From Lingula anatina (taxonomy: Eukaryota; Animalia; Brachiopoda): a stretch of 64,000 nt of DNA. The translations under genes and the position numbers were made by a program. The stretch is taken from NCBI GenBank assembly GCA_051362555.1, contig CM120643.1:8928001-8992000 (forward strand). The letters are read 5' to 3'. Under the pieces are notes generated by a model, which saw nothing but the letters and a program-made list of their open reading frames with translations, made no database searches and was not told the DNA's origin. Positions 1 through 12,500 of the stretch are shown here, in pieces; positions within the stretch are counted from its first letter, which is position 1; the number at the start of each line of letters is the position of its first letter.

Positions 1-835
1 TGCTCACATTCAAAACATAGTGTTCTGAAATAGTTTTAGTAAAAAATCTCATAATAAAGTAGCCCAGGGGAAAACTGCCTCACACACAAATTCTTGGTTT
101 CTTTAACAAATATATAATACATTATATATATATCATATGAATGTCACAATTATAATAATTGTAGTAATAAAACACAGTTTACCCAAAAGTTATGAAAAGA
201 GGCTATGAATGGATTTTTATTTCACTGAGAAACTGGTTTAAGTTCATGAAAGGTATTTAAACTTAGTAAACACTAAGAGATACTTCAATATCAACAATCA
301 ATACTGAAACTGTCATTTCCTCTGGCAAGGATTCCTTCAAAACCATTATCATACAAGAAAAAAACATGGTGTAAAAGGTTTGTATTTTATGTACTAGGGT
401 AATTTGCTTTGTCTCACTGGAAAGCCCCTAGAAGTTTTCTCTTCTGTTGTAGTTAAAAAACTTTTCACTAGGTGTCACTTTGTTGTGCCTGACTGGTATT
501 TCAATGTAGCCTTACATAAAAAAGTTCAATCACTCTATCATACATAAAGTATGTTTGCCATCTGGCAAATTCTGGCAGTATAAACTGAGCATATTTGGTG
601 TGGTGTACATAACCTAAATATATCACCGGCCTCTTCTATACCCCCCCCCCCCCCAAAAAAAAGGGTTTTTGTTATATTTTAATACAAGTTAAAACTTGTT
701 TCACATATTCACACCCACTGTGCTGACAAATTGACCACATCAACTTTTCTTCCTGTCCACTTAATTTTCTATTACAAATGCCCTGACTAAAGGCACTTCC
801 AGAATTTTTACATCAATTTTACTCAAGCCATTTCT

Positions 836-3529
836 TCATTCTGACTTCAAGTGGTCTGGGTCACAATCTTCAAGTAAAGATTCGGCATCCTCTGTAAAAA
901 ATACAATGCAGAATGTTCCATATTAACTCAATTAAGTAGTTGAAATGAATATTAGAGAAAATACACAGGGTACAATTGAACATTTGTATATGCAGCCTTA
1001 CATTATACATTATTTACATAATTTATTTCTCAAAGTTGAATTCCATTTACCCTGAATCAGATCCACCTTGTCAAAAAAATAAAAATAAAATAAAATAAAA
1101 TAAAATAAATAAATAAATAAATACTTCACCCTGCATTATCATTATTGTCTTTGTGTCCGTATGTTTTGTCTACTAACAACCAATCAATGAATGACCTTTT
1201 GCCGCAAACACCATAAACCTTTAAGTTCACAGTATCCAATAATACATATAAAATAAACATGCTACTTAAAAATAAGTGGGTGCAAGCTTCACAATTTCAA
1301 ACACCATTTACCTTCTAGGTTTGACATGTCTACTTCCCCGTAATCACCCTCGTCAGATTCCTCGTCTCCTGTGTTCTCGCTAGGTGGGCCGCACGCTGCA
1401 TAGCACACGATGCTGATCAAGGCACCGGGTAAGACGAAGATCAAGAAAAACATCAGCCTAGATGACATCCACACTGACTGGAAGAGATAATCCATATTGT
1501 TAAATTTAAAAATAATTCAAGAATACAAATTTAAGTTATACAAAATGCTTTATTGGCTTAGAGTTCTTAATGTAACAAAGATCAGAATGGGAACATTTTT
1601 ACTTATCTTACAAATGTTAATCTATATTTAATCATGTGTAAACAATTAAAAAATATGAAGATTTATCATTCAAGTCAATGCAAGATAGGTGTTAATGTAC
1701 AGATACTTACTATAAACATAGATATTATTTCATAAAGAATTCTTTGCACTCTCTGTAAGAATCCTGTTCCCCCTTTGGCCTAAAGAAAAAAATGAAGACA
1801 AATACTACAATCTGCCTACTCAGAAATGCATAATTTAATCTAAAAACACTGAGGCATTAAAGGATGAATTTTAGTAGAAAGACAATTTTAATTATTGAAA
1901 ATATACATCTGAGCTGACTTGATCAACACTAATGTGCAAACCTGAATCAGCAATAAATAATTATATTATAATAATTTCAATAATGCCTTCTGAGGTTCCA
2001 GTCTCAATAAGTTTCTTTGATATAAAAACATATAGCTTTGTTTGCATTAGCAAACTAAAACGAGGTAGGCAGAAAAGCCATGTAGTGACAATAATTGCTG
2101 AGGCCACTTCCAGGGGCGGATTTAGGCCGTCTTCAGGGTCTTCCAGAAAACGGTCAGATTTTCAAGTTTACATTGATGGGTATCTAATTTTTTTCTGTTG
2201 GATGACGGTCAAAATTGGAGGTTGAATCAACAAAGATAATTTGGAAGATTGTCAGTAAATAGCTCTGGATCTGCCCCTGACTTCAATAGCAATAATCATG
2301 ATAAATTATAAAACCACCAAAAAGCAATGAAATAAAATTAAAATTCCATACATACAGGTATTTTCCCTTCATGTACATTCTCTAGGAATGCCTCAAGTGT
2401 TCCTATTGTAATTTCCGCTACGCTGAAGTTGGGCATGAAATACAGCCGTGAGCTGGGGTCAAGGACAATCAAGTTGGGCATTGAGATGTACCACATGGTG
2501 ATGTCATTGGCGACCTCATTGTCCCCCATCCAAGCGAACTGAAACTGCCTGTAAGAATGTATTTACATGTAGTGTTATAACTTATATCTTTTCCAGCAAT
2601 ACTTTTATAGAGTATGTGATTCTGGTTTAGAGCCCTCTGACACTTATATGACAGATTTTGAATTATTATTATTATTTTTATTTATTTATTTATTTTATTT
2701 TATTTTTATTTATTTTTTTTTTTTTTTGGCATTCTAAATGAAAACTACTGAACAGTACCGAGCACAGTGCGATTTTGTTTTGAAAAATTAAAATCTGAAA
2801 TATGGGACAACAATTCTATACATCTGATCTGAAACAGTGAGATTCACTAAAATTATTACCATCGTTCAACATCTTGACAGAATTATATGCAACATAAACT
2901 GTATCAACATTTAATCAAATTGTTGAATCAAATGTTTGAAATAATAGTGCTAATCAGTTATATCAAGAATGTATTACATTCTTAGTTACATATCAAACAA
3001 GCTGAAACTGCCTGTACATATATCTGATACAACATGCACTGACTTTATGCTTTTCACCCAGCTGAACAGAAATTGCATGTTAACTTTGTAAGAACATAGT
3101 CAAAAGGGTCTTGTCCATTTTAGGCCAAGAATCCTTGGCAGTAAGCATTTTCACCTTCAACAAAATGCACTGAAAGCATATTATTCAGTACATAACAATT
3201 TACTTACTTGTTTATATCACTGTTCTTTCTCAGCGCCAGAGTTTTTACAACTTCTTTTACTCTAGAAAATAATAAACATCAATCCATCAGCAATAAGGGC
3301 TATGTATATGTATTCTATATTAAATATCCAGTTCTATATAATAACACCTATCAGCAATTTAAATGATGTTTATAAAATGTTGACCTTATTATATATACAG
3401 ATTTCTTCTTTGAACTTATGGAATTCAATTTAATGTTCCAAAAGTGTGATTCTTCTCACCAGTTTCAGAAAATATTGGAAACTAACTTTGATGATTAGTA
3501 TGCCTCTGATGTTGCAACCAAGTGGCTCG

Positions 3530-3583
<54 letters not shown>

Positions 3584-6500
3584 AGAGGCAACACAATTTT
3601 AAAAGTTAGTTTCTGGGTTGTTTCACTGAAAGAACTGAGCCAGAATAACACCTCTTTAAATTTTAGGACAAAACTCTTTCCTACTTTGAACCAAAATAAA
3701 TCAGTATTAGCCCAATCAAAAGAAATATTTTCCCCTGCTTCATAATACATTTTCAGACCATTACTTAATTTAATTTAAATAGTCTGCTTTGAATTCATCT
3801 CAAACTGATATGTAGTGCAAATTTTTTATCATAAAGTTTAGATAAATTTTATTTGTCTGCAAATGCAGTTTTAAAATGCATTTTTCGGATGAAATAAGAT
3901 AAGTGGACAATATCTTTTTAGTTGTAAGCTCATTAAATTGGATATAGAAAGATATAGATGCTAAACAGGGTGAGGGAAGTTTGAGGTCGTCTTTTGGGTC
4001 TTCCGGAAGACGTTCAGATTTTTCAGCTTTACATTGACAGGTATCTTATTTTTTCTGTGGGAAGATGGTCAAAAATGCAGGACAGATCAAAAAAGATAAT
4101 TTGGAAGACTGTCAGAAATTAAAATATCTCTGGGTCCGCCCCTGAGCTGGGAAATAATTGGCAAGTTGGCCGGCGTACATGTTCACCTACTGATGTGTAG
4201 TGCACAGTGGCAATTTAAGGCTATTGGCTATAGTTGGTCAGTGCATTTAAGCAAATCCTCAACCTCTGAACCATTAGGATTCAATTATCTCAAGTTATCC
4301 TGTCAGTATTGATGTCCTAGCATAGAAAATGTACTGGTGAAAATTTAACTAAATGCAGCCTGCAGTTAAGTTCAAGCAAAGAACGCTCCAATTAAAATTA
4401 TTTGCAAACAAGCATGTTATCCAACATTTGCTTTGATGCTGTTTTAATAGGTAATATAATATGCTGTGAGGAATGTGTCTACCTTTCATGTTTGATCAAA
4501 ACATTTCCCTCAAACTAAAAACCCAACTGTTGTCAAAATGAGTATATTAGTTGTAATGTCTTTGCCAACGGTAGGTATTTTGTTGAAAAAAAAAAATCAA
4601 CAGAAATGTAAAGAGCATTAAGAGCCTTGTCTAATAGTAAACAGACTGCTTCTTAATTGACGCTTTAAGTACAGGAAGGAAGTATTATTCAGGAAAAAAA
4701 GGATTTAAAATTTTTAAAAACCTGGTGTTAAAATTTGAGTCAGGTGGTCCAATTTCTACTTTATATACTGTAAAATTTCTCAGATATGTCAACCTAACCC
4801 ACCCCTGTTTTGTAAGTATAAAATGTAGTAACTAATCAATAACTGCATCAAAGTAGATTCATATCAATAATTTTAATGAAGTTTGAACATTATCAATTTG
4901 AATATCTAATCATTATTTTAATCGATATAAGAAGGGGAAGCATATTAGACAATGGAAATCCCTACCAACAAATAAATAAATAAATGATTATGAATAAAAC
5001 ATCAAAAGCATTTTGAAATAAAAATAAATATCATTAGTAAATAAATGTGTAAATCAATTTTATGCACAAGCTGCTTTATACGCACAAATATTTAAAGTTC
5101 AATTTCAAGAAAACTGATTTTTTAAAAAAATTTATCAGATGCTGGATTTAATGGCAATTTGGCGGGCATTTACCAGATATCCTTGGATATTTCAAAATAT
5201 CTACAAATTTTCAGTGTCAGAGCCCTGTAATCAGTATTATGTAAAATCATGAAGCCACTGTCACCTCAGTTACACCAGATTTGAAGAACCCCAACAGAGC
5301 AAGAAAAAAGGAGAAAAAAAAACGTCCAGAGCGCCAGTGGCTAAGTGCCCCACTGCTTGCTGCCCCTGACTGGCTGGCCTTATGCATGGCTCGTGTGGCT
5401 TGAATGTCACGAGAGGTAAATCAGTTTCACAGGGTTCCCAAGGAGAAATTACTGCCTAGGAAACTTAGGCATTAACTAGCATGACATTGAAATATATTGT
5501 GGCTGCATATACACTTTTCTGTTATTCACAAACACATCATGGGCAAAGATGCTCACTTCGTAAATAACCTTACTGTTTAAGTAAAATAATTATTTTTACT
5601 ATACTAATACAAAAATCAAGGGGAGATAATCTTAAGATGTGTTATATTTACAAATGCTGTATGATCACTTTCAGATCTCCCCATGGTGAGCATGCTTTGC
5701 TATTGATTCATGTGTAAATGTTTATGAACAGTTACTGCTTGCTATTTTTCAAAGGGTCTGGAAGTTAAACCCTTCTCAGGCCATATATAAGGTTTCAAAG
5801 GAAACAGCAAAACACTGAACCAACCAACATTAGCCTTAGCGGCTAGGTATATTCATGCACACAGGGTTATAGACTTTTAGTTCTGGAACTGCCTCTACCC
5901 TGCTTGACTTCTGCATACAAGCAATTCCAGACATGGTTCAGGTGAGTATAATTACCATTTTATTTCACACTAATTTGATTTTCAGTTAGCATGAGGTCTA
6001 CCAGTCGGCGGGTGGTACAAAGGACTTTTGAAACCAAACCTTTTTTTCAGTAATTATATCCAAAGTTAGTGCAAGCAAGGAGAGAATGATATTTTCTTTT
6101 GGTGGTAAGCAACTGCATCTTGATTAAGATTTCTTTGTTGTTGATTGGGTATTTAAAGTTTATATATTGCATCAGTTATGTTGTGACCAGTGCTTATTGG
6201 CTTAGTCCTATAATTTTGTATTTAAAAACCACATGCTTCAATTGCATGCTTTATAACAATTAGCCTGGATTTGCTGTGTTTGCAAATTCTCTTTTTGCCA
6301 ATTTTTACAATTTATACCCTTAACATAATTCTTTGATTCCTGTTTTAAACTCAAACTGGATTTTTTTGTAAGTTGATAAATTATTTTCTTTCGGTTTGTG
6401 GATATAAATTTCTCCTAATGTAATCATTGCTGGTATATAAAAAGACCAAGGTGCACTTCAGTTTCAAAGTCAATACCTGCCATTAGCAATATACTGAAAT

Positions 6501-9500
6501 GTCGCTGTGCAAGAAAACTGATGACTTTAATCACACTACTATGTTATGTTGAAAAGGTTTCTACATAAAAACATTTTCGTTAAATTTTCAGTCACAGTTT
6601 GCAATGGATAAAGCACAAATCTAGCAAGAGAAACTAAGCTTTATACACAAAGAGGGAGAAGTTGCCAGAATTTGTGCAAGAGGAATAAAATATTAAAGTA
6701 ACTAAATGCCTCTTTTGTAAACAAGAAACCAAAAACCAGTCTGCAACCAAATAGGGGAGATACAACAAGGCCAACAGCATTTTACTAAACAGAGACCAGA
6801 AATCTTTTCCTGCATTGATTTGAAAGCAAGAACCGTTTACAGCTCCCATCCACAATAGACTCTGTTTAAGAGAGATTCAAGAAAGACAGGCTCTCTTTGT
6901 GCAGAACCATCTGGAATCTCACCACAGATGACGTTGTGTGGCTTCAACTTGCAGACAGATTTCAGTGAGGACAGAGGAACATATTCCAAACAAAGAGTGA
7001 CGTGTTGAAATCTGGAGAAGCAATCTGTAAGTAAAACCTATAATGCACTTTAAAGAGTTTGCACGTTCTTGATTCGACAGATTTCTCTCTCTTTTTTTGT
7101 TTAAATTGCATTCTTCTAATTTTTTAGCTGTGAAGCCAAATGAATAAAAAAATATAAATCTTAGAGATTTAAGTAACTATAATGGCTAAATAAAGCCACA
7201 ATGATATACTCAGTACATGAGGAATGTATATATATAGAATAAAATGGTACTGTCTTCAACATAAATGGATAAACAAAACAAAAAGAAGATTAAACAGACA
7301 TCATGGACCAAAATAAACTAAGTGTAATTTTGTTTACGAAGAAACATTTTCCAGCACCTTCTGGACTCTTTGGGTAACAAAATATCATCTAAATAAGCTG
7401 AAATGTAGACAAAGGGTTGAAAGTTATTTTTAAGTCTTGAACAAGAACTGGTGGTATAAATTTTGGTAAAAAAAGAAAGAAAAAATGGTCAGCGGGGGTT
7501 CATTGACTTTCAATGGGATCAACATTAACCTCCTACCAAGAATGAATGAATTAATGGTATTTCTACACATTTCTTCAATTTTTCATGTCTCTGAACCATT
7601 GACATGCAGAAGAAAAAAGCTATTTGGCTTGAATGGACATATTCTTTTGTAGCCTTAAATACATATCCAAGCAAGTTACTTGTACTGGCTCTGCTACTGA
7701 GACATCAGACACCGACTGAAGGTAAAAGTAAGAGACTCCCAAGGGATTGGACGAGAAAAAAAAACATTTTATAGAGATCATCCCCCCCCCCTCCCCAAAA
7801 AAATTTTTTTAGAAACATTTCCAGAAGGAGGAGGGGGGGGGTAATATGCCTTGAAACAAGTGACCCTTTTTTGAAAGAGTTTTTTAGTATCTGCAAAAAT
7901 ATTCTTTGTGAAAACTACTTAACTTTTGTCAAGTCAATTGCCGAACTTTAATTAATTTTTTTTTTTTTTTTTTTTTTGGGGGGGGGGGGGGGAGAAGGGG
8001 TAAAATGGAGTCTAACATGATTGGGGAACTCCTAACCTCCCGTCCTGTTTGCTGACTGATAAATGGGGCAGATTATGTAATGAGCAGTTAGTATCTCGGC
8101 AGTGCATGTAGTTGCTTGCTGTGTTAAGACTTGAGCTGAGATAATTGGTTTTTCTTACATTTCATCAAAGAGTTTCAGCGAGAATTTTTGCACATCAAAT
8201 TGCAACTAGCTGGCCTCCAGAAGAGAGTACATCTTTACTACTTGCATAAAAAAGAAAAAGAAAAAAAGAAACATAAAAAAGGGAAAAAGAAACAGCCTTA
8301 TTGTCCTTCAACTCTGCTTTGTTAATTTTTACTGACTTAACAATTCAGCAAAAATGTTGGCTCAGGAAGTAACCCAGCCTAGGACAACACTAGGTGACAA
8401 TATCAATGTCTAAGGCAAATCTAACCGCAATCTGTGGCTGCTTCCACTCTTATGAAAACTAGTTATAGAATAACCAATCAGCTTCAAAACTGACAAATGC
8501 ACAGACAACTTATGCACGAGGGGGCTTGCAAATGTGTATGGCTTGATCCCCCCCCCCCCCCACCACACACACACACACACACACACAAGCACAGTTGTCC
8601 TTAAATAACACCTTTAAGAATCAGCAAGTAAGAGGTTTATCAGAGAGAGATTATGTAAGCCTTCAAGTCTTTTTTCTGAAGTCACGCCTAAAAAAATGGT
8701 TTTAGTAAAAGCAAGTCTGGATGTGGTCTTTTTCCTCAGTACTTAACTATACATTTCCAATGGGGAATACCCGCTTTAAGGGTCTGCCGCTAGATGGCGT
8801 GGGGGTGAAAGCAGTCCTTCTAAAATCTCGCAGAATCTCGCTCACGGCTTTACACCAGAGTTTAACATGGATCGTGTGCACGCGTCGCTGACAGTGAACC
8901 AACTCAAACGCAATTTACTTGAATGTGGTGCCATAACATCTGGATGAAAATGTGAATTGACTGGAAGGTATGTGTTTTCTTTTCATTTAGTGCTTGAAAA
9001 ACACGAATGCTAACTATTTTCCTTGAAAAAATCAAAAATTAGTCGAGGTGTGTGTGTCAAATCTGACATGTTATGTACGTGTACATGTAGACTACTGTAG
9101 GTACGAGTAGGCCTACGCTCATATTTTGTTTTAGTAGCACGAAAGATTTTTATACTTAGTAAATGTACTTATTTATTTTCTTTATAAGGTTACCCAAAGA
9201 AGGCCCATATATCGGGGGCAAAGCCTGAAACTGTCGATTTCAGGACCCCAGGACAGCCAACTTCAAGAGCAGGATAAAATGATTACTTCAGGAATCTTAC
9301 CTATCACTTCACATCAGCGGCAAAGATTGATGTAGCCACCAGTAATGCCTACCCTAAAGCTGACTTACAGGCGGCTGTGATGGACAACAACTATTGCCAA
9401 GTGCCATGAAAAGAATAAAGCATGGATAGAGGGAATGATGTAAGTGAAAACAGAGGTCTACTATTAAGAATCGGGCCCAAATATGAGAAAGAAATTATCA

Positions 9501-12500
9501 AACTAGGTGATAGGTGACATCATAGAATTATAATATTGTATCTAAACTAATCTAAATTGTATCTATTTAATGCTGTAACCATCTACCATGCTTTAATGGG
9601 ATATGAATATTTCAGGTTGAGGAACAAACAGCGAAGGACACTGAGTAAGCAAGTTATAACAAGGAAAGAGCGCAATCTGACACAAGGAGAGACAATGGCG
9701 GATCACTGCCTCAAGATTTGGAGAGATAATTGCAGCTACAGAGAAGAAGTATATAAACAAACTGTATGAATCATTGTTGTGTCCAAAACCATTGCAGACA
9801 CATGGCAGTTGGACCTGGACCTGATATCCCCTTTTGGAATGTGTATCTCGTGCACAAATCTGGGCCTAAAGAAAACCTGCAAATACTTTACTCAGTTAGA
9901 AGGCCAGATGTTCATTACGAATCGCCCATTCTGCTATTTTGTTGTGTTTACATTCAAAGATCTGTTTGTGGGGTTGATTCATTCTGACACTGGATGTTTT
10001 TCTACATGTATTTTGCCGAGGATAACTTTTTTTAATGAAAAACACTATAGGAAGTACGTGTCAGCTAGTTTATAGAAAGTACCCCTGTATGAGATGGTTT
10101 TATCTGCAATCACAATTTTGAAGTGCCATTTAAAAAAAAATGTTTTAACTAAAATGAAATAATTTGGTGGTGCTATATTCTTTACAAAAAGTACTTATGT
10201 GTTTATGCTGTTTTTAATAATATTCAACTGTAATGAGAAAAAAACTATGATGCTATTTTGTAAAGTATTTTTAGTGGGATGAAATAATTTGATAGTTGTA
10301 TTTACAGCAAATAATTTGGTTTTTCTGCTTTTAAAAGAATTTTCAAAGTGCTGACATAATGTGGTGGTTCTATTCAAGTAAAATAATTCATAAGTACTAT
10401 TTTGTAAAAAGGAACAAAAAAACTTCATTTGTAAAATGTTTGCTTTCTTTAATTTTTATTTCTTAAACTGTTACAAAAAGTTGTCCATACCTACAGTAAT
10501 CCATTGGCTGAGAAATTGCAGCTATATAATCAGGAAAGTTATAGCACAAATAAATTATCTAAGTATTACATGGTTTCATGGTTTTTACTATGGACTGAAT
10601 AATTATTTTGTTTAAATAAAACATTTGGTTTTGCTGCTTTTTAATGAATTTTCAGAGCGATGAAATAATATGGTGTTTCTACTCAAGTAAAACAATTCAG
10701 AAGTGCTATTTTATAAAAAAAAAAGAATAAAAACTGTTCATTTATAAAATGTTTTCTTTCTTTAAATTTTATTTCTTAAACTGTTACAAAAAGATTTCCA
10801 AACATGCATTATTCCATTGGCTGAGAAATTGCATCTATACATGTACAAATAAATTATCTAACTATACCTAGTTTTATGATTCTTACGATGTACTGAATAA
10901 TTTTTTTTAATAAAAATAATTATTTAATTAACATTACCGGTCATGCTCAATACATCAATAAAAAAGGATATTACTTAATAACACAACCTCATGCGGGTAG
11001 AAGGCTACCGGCACTTATGTATATTTACTGACAACTCTTCTGAAATTACGGACATAAGAAGAAAACGCACTTTGATAAATCGTACTTCCTAGGGGCACTT
11101 TCTTGCTATGGAGCTCTCTTTCCAAAACTTTATAAGTTTTTCCAAGATCAATTAACCTTTCTACGTGTATTCTTTTTGAGGCAACTCGTCTATCTTTAGG
11201 AAATTAGGGGCCTAATTACTGTGCCTGGGTCAAGTTGTAACTGTCCTTTTAACATGGAAGGTGTGTTGACATGGGCAACCCTTCACTTCAAACGAAGCCC
11301 TGAATCCTCAGGAAAATTATGCCCACCTTGCTGACTTTGACATTCAGGTACACAACAATACTGAGGCATGTTTATTAAGGCCAGTGCCACAGTCCAACGT
11401 ATATGATATCCAACATGGCGACTGTGGAAGGACTGAATTCACACTAGCGACACCTGGCGCCAAGCGGGCTGGTATACCTCATTACCCTTACTACAAATCA
11501 AGTTTCATTACTGTCATACCGGGTAATGTACTAGTATTTAAAAAAAGCACTTGTCTGGCATGGAAATTGCTTTATGTTCTGACGCTTGAATATTTTTTGG
11601 ATGACTATTCTTGAAGGGGATGAATTGAAAGGGAGGGGGGGTGGGCAAATGAAAACAGAACATTTTAATTTGTATTTATTTGTATTTAACTGTGACAGCT
11701 GTGCTTGTGTCTGAGAGCTATAAATTGTCACCCTGGGTGTCACAGATCAAATAGAACAAGATCTAATAGTACGTATGTTAACATAGAAATAGAGCACCAG
11801 GAATTCCCTGATTTTCTGGGTGTTGCCTGGCTTGCAGTATTATGAGCCTAAACATGTATGCAAAAAACAAATCCTAACTCTAATTAATCTCCAAGAACAA
11901 CTTTACTGATAATTTCATTAAACTAGTCTGATTTACGTAAGTTCATTTATCTAGATAAACATTAGAAATAAAATTGATTTATCACTTTTTTCTCTGGATT
12001 ATATCACTGAGTCATGTTAGCTTCCACTCGCTGCATCTGTGGTCATTCATAAACTGATTACAATTACTGGTAACTGGTGCAGCAGAGGAGATAACTAAAT
12101 GTAATAGTTATTCATTCTGACTTGGCTTTTAGATATACATGAACACTCGCTGCCCTAGAATTCTAATTTAAAAAATCTTAAAATGTTACTTAATTCAACC
12201 ATTTAACTTGATCTACAAAAATAATATTTCATTGTTTCAGAAAACATACAGCAGTCAAAAGTATCTACACACTTTTAACGAAGATGAGCAACGTCCACTT
12301 TCTTTTGGCGGCCATTATAGTAGCCATCTCATCAGGACAGACTGATGTCGAGCAGCAAGACAGCGAGCAACCAATCAGCTTCAAGACCGAGAAATGCACG
12401 TACAACTTGGTTGTGCATGAAATGGACACCTCACGCTGCCCAACATTCACCAAGGGACTAATACAGGACCAAATACCAGTCCAGGGGAACGAAATCACCG

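Noticed and set aside
3430-3750. Poly-Lys and poly-Phe ORFs
   Set aside because: Artefacts of the poly(A) run. The same applies to the HT/CV-repeat ORFs at 16901-17420 and the poly-Tyr ORF at 39143-39379.
8867-11369. In-frame TGA codons in the SAP and THAP remnants as selenocysteine or recoding
   Set aside because: They fall at likely Arg/Trp positions in a frameshifted, deleted element, consistent with ordinary decay.
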